From: a virus
DNA length: 64,000 bases
Virus record (IMG/VR): IMGVR_UViG_3300045747_000454
Coordinates: 32,001-96,000 of that record
Direction: 5' to 3' (one strand)
Part shown: positions 20,073 to 30,303 of the stretch, in pieces
Layout of the letters: each line of letters opens with the position of its first letter
Numbering within the stretch: the first letter of the stretch is position 1
Position numbers and translations under genes: made by a program
The notes under the pieces: model-generated
Database searches by the model: none
What the model was told of the DNA's origin: nothing
What the model saw: the letters and a program-made list of their open reading frames with translations, nothing else

Positions 20073-20564
20073 TTACGGTAGGACGGCGTCCTTACGAATC
20101 AGCCAGACGCGCGTGACATCCTTACTCCAAGCCTTGATGACATTCTTAGACCAACTGCGAAAGTTGGCGTCGTCAACCTTCTCGAGGTCCGTGACTCGAA
20201 CGTAGCCGAGCTGCGCCGCGTGCCGCCCGACTATAGCATCGTAGAGCTTGACTCGGCTTAGCTCGCTGTTCTTGGAGCTGAAGCCAATGCCAAGTGGCTT
20301 GTTCTCGGCGACGGCTTTCTTCAACACGTCAAAGACCGTGCTGAGAATGCGCAGAGCAACGATCCTGTCGGCTGGACTATCGCCAATCAGATCCCACGTT
20401 CCCTTTCGCTTGAAATCGACGATGTAGGTCTGACCACCCTGCCACCAATCGAGCGTGATAATGACAAGCTCATTCGAGCCATCCAGAAAGTGCGCCTCAA
20501 TGCTCTTGTTGTTCTCTTCAACCTCGTACTTGTACGGAGAGTCAAGCAGCTCTTGCAGAATCAT
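20073..20564 (-). CDS. Putative internal head protein (163 aa, starts MILQELL)
   Basis: True start at 20564 overlaps the gp6 stop (ATGA); N-terminus resembles the capsid-targeting peptides elsewhere in the window. Confidence 0.6.
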   Translation of the reverse strand: MILQELLDSPYKYEVEENNKSIEAHFLDGSNELVIITLDWWQGGQTYIVDFKRKGTWDLIGDSPADRIVALRILSTVFDVLKKAVAENKPLGIGFSSKNSELSRVKLYDAIVGRHAAQLGYVRVTDLEKVDDANFRSWSKNVIKAWSKDVTRVWLIRKDAVLP

Positions 20565-23500
20565 TTGACGGCCTGCCTGATCACGGTTGGCGTCAGAGCG
20601 TCGACGATCTCGATGTCGCCCAACTCTGCTGCGGATTGAAGAATCTCGTCGATGCCTGACTCGACGGTGAACATCGCACCGAATGAGTTCGTGCTGTACG
20701 TTGGCACCAGCACGACCGTCGCCACGTCGGCAGGCAAGCGCTGGTGAATCAGACTGGACAGCTCGGTGGCGTAGAACGTGTCGCCGAAGTCCCAAGTGTC
20801 GATGCTGAAGTACGTGTTGATGACGTTCAGAATCTCTTCCTTGATGCGCTCGTTCGTCAGCGTCGAGGACTGCGCACGAACGACCTTGAACTTGGCGCGC
20901 AGCTGAGGTTCAGCAAGACCACCGAAGAGCAGGCGCAGCTTGCCTGGATGCAGCACGAGCGTGTCGCTCAGCATCTTGTTCTCAAGCAGATAGCCGTAGG
21001 TGTTGCGCAGGTCGAGCGGCGTCGGTGGCGTCGGAGCAGACAGCGAGGTGCCACGCACGTAGCTGATGACGTTGTCGTAGTAGCCGCGCGTCATCAGATA
21101 GGCGTCGTGAATGTTCGTTGGCGACGGATCGATGACGTTCGTGAATGGTGTGAAGTGCTCCCACATGAAGTCGAGGCCCTTGTCGCTGTTCGACACGGAC
21201 GACAGCTTTGGCATACGAAGGTTGCGCCCGTGCGTCAGCGAGTTGTTGATTGTGGCGCCAGCTTGCCAGGATCCAGGCGTCGGGTCAGCGGCAGACAGCA
21301 CGGTTGGCGTTGCCAGCGAGAAGTACTCGTAGCTGTCGGCGGCAAATGTTTCAAACTGCAGCAGGCGATCAGGGATCAGGTCGCCAGAGGTGTCCTCATT
21401 CAGCAGGTCAGACGGCACGATTTCAAGCTGATTGACGTTGATCGATCCGCTTGAATCACGAACAGCACCGACAACGTCGTACAGCTGTGAAGTGCCAAGC
21501 GGCTGTCCAGCCGTGTCGAGATTGGAGCGCAGCACCTTGACATTGTCGAAGACGCGCTTCTTAGTGTCGGTGTCGATGAGAACATCAAGATTGTTGTACC
21601 AAAAGCGAGTCGTTGGCGACTCGACGATGAGCTTGAAGTTGCGATGATTGACCTCGTAGCCAACGACTTGCAGCGTCGAGACGGCGCGAATCTTGCGAAC
21701 GAAGATGACCCAGCTATGCTGCTTCAAACTCGTCGTTGTGGTGAAGACCTGCGGGTCTGCCATTGACGAGGCGAAGTCAACCATGCCTGGCGCTGACGCT
21801 GGCATGATCTGCCACCAACCATTCAGATTGACCTTGCAGGTCCACGTCGGACTGGCGGCACCGCTGGTTGCTGAGCGAAGAGACAGCACACCGGTTGCGC
21901 TGGTGTCGAGAATGAAGGCGTCACCTGCGACGAGCGTCGTCGTGCCCTGCGTCACGGTGAACATCGGAGTGCTGTTCGTGAAGCCAACAGGCTGAATGTC
22001 GTACTCACTGCCAATCTTGCCAGTCGGGAATGTCCCACGCAGATTGGAGCGCACAGCCAGCGTCAAACCATCAGCTTGAACTTCAATCGTCCAAACCTCA
22101 CCAGCTTGCCAGAATCCGCTTGCAACCCAAGTGCCGTTGATTGCAATGGTACCATTGCCGATTGCAGCGAGCGTGCGATTGTAGCGCAGTCCAAAGTAGT
22201 CTTGAGCAGCGACCGATTGAATGCCTGAGCCAGTGTCGCCAGGTGGCGACTTGTTGATGCTGTCGATGGTGCGTGGCAGCGTCGCATCGTAGAGGTTGCC
22301 ATCGTCCTCAGCGTTTGGACCTTGAACTGGAATGACGCCGAGCAGCGTGCCGTTGGCGTCAACAACTCGATTCAGCGGCTCGCCGTACCAGTGACGGTCG
22401 ATGAGGCCCTGCATCGCAGTCTTCTCCTTGAGCGAGCCGTTGCCAGCAAAGCCAAGAACGGTATCGACCTTGGTCGTGGAGCCGACGATGTTGTATGGTC
22501 GAGCGCGATTGTCCTCGATGAACTTGCGGCGGGGCGCCGACACAACACCACGAGTGGCTGGGTCAGTTGCCGAAATGTGCAGCAGCAGGTCAACGACGCC
22601 TGGCTCCTTGAGCAGCGGTTCGATGACGTCATCGATGAGACCCTTGCCAGACACGCTCGTCGTGATCGTGTTCATCGTCATGACGTAGCGCATGACCAGG
22701 TCGTCGCCGAACAGCTTGACATTCTCGTACTGACCTGATGCGTCGTTCCAGTCGATGTACTTTGGCTGTCCAGCGAAGGTGCGATTGATCGTTTTGAGGC
22801 GAAGGATGGTTGGGTCCTTCAGCAGAAACGTGTTGTAGTCCTGCCCATTGACCATGCGGTTCTGAGCGTAGTAGGTTGCCGGCGCTGAGCGACGAACGTG
22901 CTCAATCGACTCGGTGGCTGAACCATTCTGCAGCGTCGAGGTCAGACTGAACGTCATCGTGATCGATTCGGCGTTGCCGAGCGTCGACGTGTAGTTCAGC
23001 GCCATCACCTGATTCGAAATGCGATTCTTCTGAATGACGATGCTGCGGTTCGCTGACTGACGAAGCCAGAAGCGATACGAGCCGATCGGCGCGTCAGAGA
23101 AGTCACCATCGCCAAAGATGACGGTGACCTGATCATTCTCGCGAGTATCGACCTCGAACTTCTTGCGAGTGCTGCGAATGTCGTTGAAGACCAGATTCTG
23201 CTCAGCGACTGTATCAACCTGCTGCCAACGCTCTGCCACGCTGCCATTCAACGCCAGACCTTGAACCCAGACGTCAGTGTGATTGACGTTCTCAGGATCG
23301 AAGTCGAGGCGACGATTTGGAAGGCGCTGCGTGATGTCGTAGTCGATGCGCGTCAGAATGCCCTGCTTCGTGAAGAACAGAAAGCCAGTGTAGTCTGAGC
23401 CGTCGCCAATACCGTCGTTGGCGTACATGATTGAGAGCGGCGCTTGAAGGTCAGGCTCACGCTCGAACGGACCATTGTCGTCGACGTCAGCTGACACGAT

Positions 23501-24127
23501 TTCCATGTTGAACGACTCGAGACCAGTTGACGCCTTGTAGGCGAACACCGCATTACGCAGAGTGGCAGGGTCGTTGCGCAGCGCGTAAAGGTCAAACACG
23601 ACATCGCCAACCGTCTGTGTCTTCTGTGGTTGGCCGAGACGCGAACGAAGAATACGGTTCATGACGAGCGTGAACTGCTCCTTCCAATTCACGTTGTTCG
23701 CATCGTTCCACGTGATGGTTAGACCAGAGAGGTCGACGCCACGACTGTCGATGACGCGCTCGGTCGTCGAGACGGTGGTGACCTTCACCAGACCACGCAC
23801 TGGAATGTTGCGCGTCGCCTTGTAGCTGATGAGCTTGGCGAGCTTGAGAATCGACTGCTTGCGCTGCGCCGTCGTGATGAAGTTCTCGTGCGCAACCATG
23901 TCGACACGGTAGGCGAGCTGCTCGGCGATGTACGCAAACAACTCGAGCATCGCGATGAACTCAGACGACTGAATGTAGTCGTTGAACTGCTCGGGATAGT
24001 ACGTGCGCGTGTAGTCAACCAGCGACTGCTTGATTGTGTCGAAGTCGTACGAAACGAAGGAGACTGCGTTGAAAGCCTGATAGATCTTGTCCCAGGTTTC
24101 AGCGGAGTAGGTTGTGCGAAGCGCCAT
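20561..24127 (-). CDS. Baseplate wedge protein (T4 gp6-like)
   Basis: YDFDTIKQSL...FNDYIQSSEF...ENFITTAQRKQSILKLAKLISY and GSATESIEHVRRSAPATYYAQNRMVNGQDY are gp6/baseplate-J motifs. Confidence 0.9.
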   Translation of the reverse strand: MALRTTYSAETWDKIYQAFNAVSFVSYDFDTIKQSLVDYTRTYYPEQFNDYIQSSEFIAMLELFAYIAEQLAYRVDMVAHENFITTAQRKQSILKLAKLISYKATRNIPVRGLVKVTTVSTTERVIDSRGVDLSGLTITWNDANNVNWKEQFTLVMNRILRSRLGQPQKTQTVGDVVFDLYALRNDPATLRNAVFAYKASTGLESFNMEIVSADVDDNGPFEREPDLQAPLSIMYANDGIGDGSDYTGFLFFTKQGILTRIDYDITQRLPNRRLDFDPENVNHTDVWVQGLALNGSVAERWQQVDTVAEQNLVFNDIRSTRKKFEVDTRENDQVTVIFGDGDFSDAPIGSYRFWLRQSANRSIVIQKNRISNQVMALNYTSTLGNAESITMTFSLTSTLQNGSATESIEHVRRSAPATYYAQNRMVNGQDYNTFLLKDPTILRLKTINRTFAGQPKYIDWNDASGQYENVKLFGDDLVMRYVMTMNTITTSVSGKGLIDDVIEPLLKEPGVVDLLLHISATDPATRGVVSAPRRKFIEDNRARPYNIVGSTTKVDTVLGFAGNGSLKEKTAMQGLIDRHWYGEPLNRVVDANGTLLGVIPVQGPNAEDDGNLYDATLPRTIDSINKSPPGDTGSGIQSVAAQDYFGLRYNRTLAAIGNGTIAINGTWVASGFWQAGEVWTIEVQADGLTLAVRSNLRGTFPTGKIGSEYDIQPVGFTNSTPMFTVTQGTTTLVAGDAFILDTSATGVLSLRSATSGAASPTWTCKVNLNGWWQIMPASAPGMVDFASSMADPQVFTTTTSLKQHSWVIFVRKIRAVSTLQVVGYEVNHRNFKLIVESPTTRFWYNNLDVLIDTDTKKRVFDNVKVLRSNLDTAGQPLGTSQLYDVVGAVRDSSGSINVNQLEIVPSDLLNEDTSGDLIPDRLLQFETFAADSYEYFSLATPTVLSAADPTPGSWQAGATINNSLTHGRNLRMPKLSSVSNSDKGLDFMWEHFTPFTNVIDPSPTNIHDAYLMTRGYYDNVISYVRGTSLSAPTPPTPLDLRNTYGYLLENKMLSDTLVLHPGKLRLLFGGLAEPQLRAKFKVVRAQSSTLTNERIKEEILNVINTYFSIDTWDFGDTFYATELSSLIHQRLPADVATVVLVPTYSTNSFGAMFTVESGIDEILQSAAELGDIEIVDALTPTVIRQAVK

Positions 24128-24153
24128 GAAGAATGTCCTGTGTGAGCGTCAGC

Positions 24154-24161
24154 TATTTATG
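24154..24161 (-). promoter_or_regulatory. Late promoter (CATAAATA)
   Basis: TAAATA overlapping the gp25 stop, upstream of gp6. Confidence 0.6.
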
Positions 24162-24549
24162 ATCCAACGGGGAACGTGAGCTTGAGCGTTTCCTTCGTGT
24201 TCAGGCGAAGGTAGATGACGTCAACAAAGGCGACGATGGCGTTGTTGTCTGGCAGCGCCATGACGGCAATGTCAACCATCTGAAGGCGAGGGTCGTACTC
24301 AATGACCATTCGCAAATCGTCCTCAACGACTTTCAGGCTTCGCTCGTCAAGTGGCTCGAACGCCATCATCGGAATGCGCGTGCCGAAGTTCGGTTGCATG
24401 ACGCGCTCGCCAGGCGTCGTGTAGATATGGTTGAGCAGATCACGCTTCACGGTTTCGAAGTCGGTGGTCGTGAACGGACCACCACGCGTCTCGTAGCTGC
24501 TCGCAGTGGAAAAACCACGGTAGATTGCTGCATTAGGATTGAAGGACAT
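24157..24549 (-). CDS. Baseplate wedge subunit (gp25-like)
   Basis: TTPGERVMQPNFGT...EYDPRL GPW/gp25 motif. Confidence 0.92.
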   Translation of the reverse strand: MSFNPNAAIYRGFSTASSYETRGGPFTTTDFETVKRDLLNHIYTTPGERVMQPNFGTRIPMMAFEPLDERSLKVVEDDLRMVIEYDPRLQMVDIAVMALPDNNAIVAFVDVIYLRLNTKETLKLTFPVGS

Positions 24550-24552
24550 ACG

Positions 24553-25677
24553 TTACGCTTTCCAGTTTGGGCCACGCTTGCCCGTAGTGCCAGGCCTCGG
24601 CCAGGGCTCGTGATCAGGCACGATGGTAGGTTTATCAGCGCACTTCGCCTCGGTGGCCTTGGGACCGTTCAGTTGAATCGCTGTGCCAGTCAGGAACAGA
24701 ATGCCCTTCGACAGAATGTTGAACTTCACGCCAGACGTCAGGTCAAGACCACCGTCACCAGAAAGTGAAACATCCTCGCACGCCGTCATGCGCGCGTGCC
24801 CAGTCGCGTTGAGGTTCAGATTCTTGCCAGCCTGAAGATTGATGTTGCCAAGCGCCGACACGTTGAAGTCACCGCCAGTCGACATGCTGATAGCCTCGGC
24901 TGCGTAGATGTGCACGTGGCCATCAGCGTCGAGCTCGACCCAAGTCTTGCCCTGCGCCGTCGAGACGTAGATGCGCTCGTTGGCGTCGTCGAAGATGACC
25001 TGATGCCCTTCAGCAGTCTTGATGCGAATGCGAGCAAAGCGGGCATCGTCCTGCAGAATGATGGCGTGTCGCCCAGGCGTCGTAATGCAGTAGGTCTGTG
25101 GGTCAAGCCCAGTGCTCTCGGTATCCTTGTCCTTGACCGTGGCAGTGCGCGTCGAGTAGCCCTCTGCGTCAGACTTGTCCGTCAGCGCCTGCGCAGCCTG
25201 TCGCTCGTAGGCGCCACGCGTCTTGGCAATCGAATCACCGAGCTTGCCGTTGAACTGCGCCTTCAGATTTGAGGCGGCTGGTTCAATCGTCTCGAAGGTG
25301 TCTGACACTGGGGCACCACCATCCTTGTTGCGACCGGCAGGCAGCGAGCGATTCGTGTGCACATCGAAGTATGAGCCCATGTAGACGCGCAGGCTCGGGT
25401 CGTCGTAGAGGAAACCGATGATGACGTGAGCGCCGACGCGCGGCACAGCCCACAGTCCGTAGGCGACTGGTCCAGTCGCCTTGGCGCCGCTGCCACCGCC
25501 AGCGTAGTCCTCAGCAGAGCCAGCTAGCTGCGAGGTGTAGAGAACCCACGGCAGCGTGTTGACGTCGAACGAGGTCAGGTCGCCATCGATTGACGGACAC
25601 CAGACCTTGAAGCGACCCATCTCTTGTGGGTCAGCCGTTTCAACAACTACGCCCTCAACTAGTCCTGGCAAATTCAC
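24553..25677 (-). CDS. Baseplate central spike (gp5/VgrG-like, no lysozyme domain)
   Basis: OB-fold DPQEMGRFKVWCP...VPRVGAHVIIGF, beta-helix repeats, C-terminal PDHEPW. Confidence 0.85.
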   Translation of the reverse strand: MNLPGLVEGVVVETADPQEMGRFKVWCPSIDGDLTSFDVNTLPWVLYTSQLAGSAEDYAGGGSGAKATGPVAYGLWAVPRVGAHVIIGFLYDDPSLRVYMGSYFDVHTNRSLPAGRNKDGGAPVSDTFETIEPAASNLKAQFNGKLGDSIAKTRGAYERQAAQALTDKSDAEGYSTRTATVKDKDTESTGLDPQTYCITTPGRHAIILQDDARFARIRIKTAEGHQVIFDDANERIYVSTAQGKTWVELDADGHVHIYAAEAISMSTGGDFNVSALGNINLQAGKNLNLNATGHARMTACEDVSLSGDGGLDLTSGVKFNILSKGILFLTGTAIQLNGPKATEAKCADKPTIVPDHEPWPRPGTTGKRGPNWKA

Positions 25678-27713
25678 TTCGTCTCCTTAGCTGGTGTTCC
25701 TTGAGTCGCTGGACCTGCGGCGGCAATCTTGTTGCCGCCGAAGATGTTGTGCGAGTAGAGCTCGAGCGTCTGCGTGAAATTGTGCCCAGTAAACTCATTC
25801 GACACCTTGAACACCGTATAGTAGCAGTCGGTCAGCACGCTGGTAGCGTAGTCGCCGTCTAGCTCAGTGTTGGTCTTGAAGTCGACGTTCGGACCCATGA
25901 CCTTGACGCGAACGAAGACTGGCGAGGCGATGTAAGAAGCTTCAGACAGCGCAGATTCTTGCATCTTGAACTTGCCATTACCCTTACCCTCAAAGCCGAG
26001 GCGAGCAATGCGAGCGTCGAGGTCAGCACGATACTTCAGCACGCCGTCTGCATCGCCCGCTGGCCTGTGGTCGAGCAGCGTGTCGATGTTGAACTTGTGC
26101 AGAATTTCTGGATTGCCCTTAATGCGCATCGCCACGGTAATTGGCGAGCCAGCGTAGAACTTTGTGAGGTTAGCTGTGTAGCGCTGCGCCTCTTGCTGTT
26201 GCTCTAGCTGCTTGGCGCCAGATGCCATCTCGTCGCTTATCTTCTTGAAGTTCATCTTGACCGCGTCCGTGTCAAGCGGCATCAACAGCGGGTCCTTCGG
26301 ACGAGTGTAGAGCAGGTCCTCAATGGCGCGCTTCACGTCGTCTGATTGCGTCTTGTCGGCAGCAACGCGCAGCGCTCCATCACCCATGCGCAGATTGGAG
26401 GCAAGCAGAAACTGAAAGTCTTGAACCTTCATCTCGAACTCAAGAATGTCCTTGTTCGCGCCGGTGAAGATGTAATCGTATTCGATGAAGTTCTGTGGAA
26501 CGCGCTTCTCGGTGCCAGTCGTACCGTCTGGCACAAGCTTGTACCAACGAGCTTCCTTCTCGCTGACGGTCGTTGGCGTTGACTTCTGATGCAGAAAGAC
26601 GTTCGGCACCTCGAACTCGTAGACGTCAATGTGAACTGTGAGCGTTTCTTCATCGCTTGTGATGCCGACCAAATGCTTGTAGAATTTGATGGAGCCTTCT
26701 TTGATTGAGTCGCGCTGTTGAAAGTTGCCGAGCTTGGCAATCTCTGGGACCTGCACGAAGATGAGGTCGAGCGCCTTAGTCAGCGAGGTCCCTGGTGGTA
26801 CGGCGCTGTACGATGTGGCAACCTTGCCAGCCTTCTCATCTGCCGCCTTCTTGGCGTCAATAGCACGCTGAGCAGCATCACGAATGCGCTCCTCCGCCTT
26901 GCCAGACACGCCGCCCGCAAATGTCATGTCATTCCAGGCGTCTGGAATCGTGATTTGATACTGCACCATTCGTCCAGTCGTCTTCGTACTGCCAGTGCCA
27001 TTCAGCACGCCTTGAACTGCGCCGTAGTACTCTTTTGAGACCGCGTTCAATCGGTCGTTGAGACTTTTGATGGCGCTGCTGAGCTTGTTGTCTTCTGACT
27101 TGTACGACGTTGCCGTTGAGACCGTGAGAAAGCGACCGAAGCGATTGACATTGAAGTTCATGTTTGGCATGAACTCGAGCGTGTAGGTGCCACGCCCAAA
27201 GTCGAGATTGATGTCCATGCGATTCAGATGCATTGGAATCGTTTCAGACTGCACAGTCTCTGATGAGCCGTCTGGATGGTGGCCGACGAAGATGGTGCGC
27301 AGCATGAAGACCATGCCATCGTAGTTTGTCTGCAGCTGCTTGTCCATCAACCACTGCATGAAGTTGCCGAAAGAGATGCCGACGCTGTCGAGAATCTGCA
27401 TCGATAGGTCAGTCGCCAGATTCGACGTTGCCGCACCGGCCTGCAACCCATTGACGTACACATCGTACTTCAGCGATTCAACGGTGAATTGTCCGAAGCG
27501 GCGTGTGTCGAGAACAAGATACACGTCGTCATTGACGCCACCAACGCTGATTGGCGCGCCAAGATAGGTGGCAGCGTCGATAGCTTCAAGCGTGGCTTGC
27601 TTAAAGGATGAGTTCGCAAAGTTGAGTGCAGTCTGCGTCGTTCGGCAGGCCACGAGAATGTAGTGAATCGAGTACGACGAAAAGTCGTCAAGTGGATTTT
27701 TGATGTATGGCAT
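25674..27713 (-). CDS. Baseplate hub protein (gp27-like)
   Basis: Between gp53-like and gp5-like genes; NPLDDFSSYSIHY start, MRIKGNP and YYTVFKVSNEFTGHNFTQTL end. Confidence 0.65.
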   Translation of the reverse strand: MPYIKNPLDDFSSYSIHYILVACRTTQTALNFANSSFKQATLEAIDAATYLGAPISVGGVNDDVYLVLDTRRFGQFTVESLKYDVYVNGLQAGAATSNLATDLSMQILDSVGISFGNFMQWLMDKQLQTNYDGMVFMLRTIFVGHHPDGSSETVQSETIPMHLNRMDINLDFGRGTYTLEFMPNMNFNVNRFGRFLTVSTATSYKSEDNKLSSAIKSLNDRLNAVSKEYYGAVQGVLNGTGSTKTTGRMVQYQITIPDAWNDMTFAGGVSGKAEERIRDAAQRAIDAKKAADEKAGKVATSYSAVPPGTSLTKALDLIFVQVPEIAKLGNFQQRDSIKEGSIKFYKHLVGITSDEETLTVHIDVYEFEVPNVFLHQKSTPTTVSEKEARWYKLVPDGTTGTEKRVPQNFIEYDYIFTGANKDILEFEMKVQDFQFLLASNLRMGDGALRVAADKTQSDDVKRAIEDLLYTRPKDPLLMPLDTDAVKMNFKKISDEMASGAKQLEQQQEAQRYTANLTKFYAGSPITVAMRIKGNPEILHKFNIDTLLDHRPAGDADGVLKYRADLDARIARLGFEGKGNGKFKMQESALSEASYIASPVFVRVKVMGPNVDFKTNTELDGDYATSVLTDCYYTVFKVSNEFTGHNFTQTLELYSHNIFGGNKIAAAGPATQGTPAKETK

Positions 27714-28085
27714 TTAGACGATTGGGAGAATAGCGATTGGAACTTCGCGAGTCGAGGCAACGCCGCCAGGCGTTCCGGCAAGCAGCGCTTGCAAACGAGA
27801 CTTCGACGGCATATTGAGAACGACGCCCTCGGTGATCTCGCCATATGGGTCAAGAATGTTGTTGTACTGAGCGACGACCCACCACACGCGAGGTTCGTTG
27901 TAGAACATGGTTGTGATGAGGTCGAGGCGTCCGACTAGCGCCTTCTCAACGACGTAGGTCGTGTCGTCGATGTTCAACGAGAAGCCGATGCGATCCCACC
28001 ACTCAATGGCGTTGGCATTGACCTCGGTTGTCCCGCCGCTTACGTAACGAGACGTTTTCACTAGAGTGCTATTCTTTTCGGCCAT
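27714..28085 (-). CDS. Baseplate wedge protein (gp53/LysM-like)
   Basis: GRLDLITTMFYNEPRVWWVVAQYNNILDP...GVVLNMPS. Confidence 0.8.
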   Translation of the reverse strand: MAEKNSTLVKTSRYVSGGTTEVNANAIEWWDRIGFSLNIDDTTYVVEKALVGRLDLITTMFYNEPRVWWVVAQYNNILDPYGEITEGVVLNMPSKSRLQALLAGTPGGVASTREVPIAILPIV

Positions 28086-29383
28086 CAATCGCCTCCGTCA
28101 ATTCCAAAGCTACCGGTCTGTTGCAGCGAGCCAATCTTCAGCGTGGTTGGAATCTTAGCTGTAGCGTTTGAAATCAATTCAGACGCCTTGGCTTGCGCCT
28201 GCGCCATGAATGAAGGTCCATTCAGCATCGAGCCGGCGAATGCTGGGTCGATGGCTGGTGTTATTCCAGACAACGTTGCTCCGCTGGTGTCCGTGAGATA
28301 CTTCGGATCCTGCATCAGCTTATTTGGCATAGTCACTGTCTGAGCCTCTTGCTTGTTAGCCGCTGCGTGTGGTGAGGTCGGACCAGCTGTGTCTTCGTTT
28401 GCCGGCGCCTTGAAGGCGTCTGCGTAAAAGCCAAGACGATACCGATCAAGATTGAAGTTGTTGAACTCCGTCGTACTGTAGCTCTCGGTCAGATTGATGG
28501 CCACCGACATCACGGCAGGGAATGGTGTCTTTGGCTCCGATGACGGTTTGTTCAACTTCTGCGGGTCAGTCTCGTTGTCAATGTCGATTGGGTCCCAGGC
28601 AGGAAGATAGTCAACGTCCTTTGGCCAAGTCCAGTTCAGCGTGGTGACAACCACCGGCACCTCACCGACAAGACCGCGTAGACCCTTCAGCTTGAGCACT
28701 GGCGGTGGCGCACCGATCTTGCCCTTGAACTGCGGGTCCTTTGCGGTGGCGGCACCGAAGTACGGCATGACCCAAGCGCGCAGTCGAAAGATATTGCGAA
28801 GATTGATTGATGCCTCAGCCGAGGTGCGCGAGATGAACATGCAGTTCAGATTCCAAGTCGTGCTGTCTGTGCCCTTGTACTTTTGAAAGGCACCTGGAAA
28901 CTGTGGTGGTGCAACTGCGTCATACTGCGCACCGCGATTCTCAACGATGTCAGGCAGCACGACGAACTCCATGACGTAGCCCTCGCTGTCGGTCAGCGAG
29001 ACGATGTGCTCCTTGTCGAGCATCACCACACCAGACAAAGCTTTCGCCTGAGCGGCTGTCGTAGTGGAGGTGCCAATCGCGCTGCTTGGAACTAACGCGC
29101 CAGGATTGGCGCCGCCGAGCGCACCAATCTTCTTCTGCGCATCGCCAATCTTCAAACCAAAGCCAGCTGCGATTGCTGCCGCACCCTCCTTAGCCTTGGT
29201 CGGAAGGTTGCTGAGTGAGAAGCCGCCGACCTGATACTTTGTAGCTTCGTTTGCGAGGCTTGCAAGACGCTGTCCAGCTGACTGCATCTCTGGATTGTCG
29301 CCGCTCTCGGCAATGGCTCGAGCAGCCTTGTCAGCGATTGATTCACCTGCCGCTGGCAGCTTAAATGCTCCGTAGTCTTCCAT
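28085..29383 (-). CDS. Tail tube initiator / baseplate-tube junction protein (gp48/gp54-like)
   Basis: GAPPPVLKLKG...VPVVVTTLNWTWPKDVDY...PAVMSVAINLTESYS tube-fold motif. Confidence 0.75.
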   Translation of the reverse strand: MEDYGAFKLPAAGESIADKAARAIAESGDNPEMQSAGQRLASLANEATKYQVGGFSLSNLPTKAKEGAAAIAAGFGLKIGDAQKKIGALGGANPGALVPSSAIGTSTTTAAQAKALSGVVMLDKEHIVSLTDSEGYVMEFVVLPDIVENRGAQYDAVAPPQFPGAFQKYKGTDSTTWNLNCMFISRTSAEASINLRNIFRLRAWVMPYFGAATAKDPQFKGKIGAPPPVLKLKGLRGLVGEVPVVVTTLNWTWPKDVDYLPAWDPIDIDNETDPQKLNKPSSEPKTPFPAVMSVAINLTESYSTTEFNNFNLDRYRLGFYADAFKAPANEDTAGPTSPHAAANKQEAQTVTMPNKLMQDPKYLTDTSGATLSGITPAIDPAFAGSMLNGPSFMAQAQAKASELISNATAKIPTTLKIGSLQQTGSFGIDGGD

Positions 29384-30172
29384 TTACTTCTTCGCCTTCG
29401 CAGCCTTAGCAGCCGCCTTCGCTGCTTCCTTTGCATCAAGCGCAGCCTGCTTTGCAGCCGCCTTCTCAGCAGCCGCTGCAGCCTTGGCGTCAGCCTCCGC
29501 CTTCTCGGCTGCAGCTGCTGTCGCCAGCGATGCAGCTACCTTCTTGAAGATGATGTCAGACAGCGATTGCTTGACGCCGAGAATCTTGGCGAACGCAACC
29601 TTGTAACCCATCTTCACGGCGAGACGCGCCATCGAACCTGAGATCATGTGAACTGGAATGTCCTCGCCCTTTTCGGCGATGGCGAGAATCTCCTCAGACG
29701 GAGTTCCCTCGTCATCTGGGTCGCTGCGCTCCTCAAGCCCTGGCATCACGACGTGCTCGAGCTTCTCGCCGTTCGGACCGGTGAAGTACTTGTCAAGCAG
29801 CTCGATGTACTTGGACGCCCGGTCTGAACCTGCGGCGATGGCGTAGGGTTCGTAGCCGGCCTTCCGAACCTCCTCGAAGGCAGCCATGGCCGACGGGGCG
29901 GTGATGATCTTGACGCCGTTGGCTCGGCCGGAGGCCGTCATGAACTTGATGCGATCCTCAGCGCTCAGCGGGTTCTTGCTCAGATCCTTTGAGGTTTCGG
30001 CGCCGGCAACGACCACGACGATCGGCACCACGCCCTTGTGCTCACGCTCGAACTTCTTCATTCGGTCGATGACTGTGTAGTGTCCGGCGGTTGGCGGGTT
30101 GAAGCGACCAACGGCGACGACGGCTCGAGTCTTCTGCTGCCCAACCGTGTCCTCAAAAAGGTCTTGATCCAT
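29384..30172 (-). CDS. (T/H)xGH-family nucleotidyltransferase (cytidylyltransferase-like) with Ala/Lys-rich tail
   Basis: VVAVGRFNPPTAGH, KNPLSAEDRIKFM, AGSDR and ISGSMAR motifs; start moved to ATG 30172 because a late promoter lies at 30196-30203. Confidence 0.8.
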   Translation of the reverse strand: MDQDLFEDTVGQQKTRAVVAVGRFNPPTAGHYTVIDRMKKFEREHKGVVPIVVVVAGAETSKDLSKNPLSAEDRIKFMTASGRANGVKIITAPSAMAAFEEVRKAGYEPYAIAAGSDRASKYIELLDKYFTGPNGEKLEHVVMPGLEERSDPDDEGTPSEEILAIAEKGEDIPVHMISGSMARLAVKMGYKVAFAKILGVKQSLSDIIFKKVAASLATAAAAEKAEADAKAAAAAEKAAAKQAALDAKEAAKAAAKAAKAKK

Positions 30173-30195
30173 AAGTAGTCTCCGATGCGGTGGAG

Positions 30196-30203
30196 TATTT
30201 ATC
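30196..30203 (-). promoter_or_regulatory. Late promoter (GATAAATA) for the baseplate operon
   Basis: TAAATA core at the head of the minus-strand operon. Confidence 0.7.
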
Positions 30204-30246
30204 AAGATCAGGCATCCTGATTTTCGTGAGCATTGTCGCTCGCAAA

Positions 30247-30255
30247 TGATACAAT
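30247..30255 (+). promoter_or_regulatory. Extended -10 early/middle promoter (TGATACAAT)
   Basis: TGnTAnAAT; same element at 49144 and 49769, each before non-structural genes. Confidence 0.6.
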
Positions 30256-30303
30256 GTACTCACGCTGTCTCCCACCTAAACTCCCGTAAGAAGGGCAAAA
30301 CTG

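Noticed and set aside
20565-20795. N-terminal extension of the 240-aa ORF 20073..20795
   Set aside because: Overlaps the gp6 coding region out of frame; ATG 20564 with an ATGA overlap is the better start
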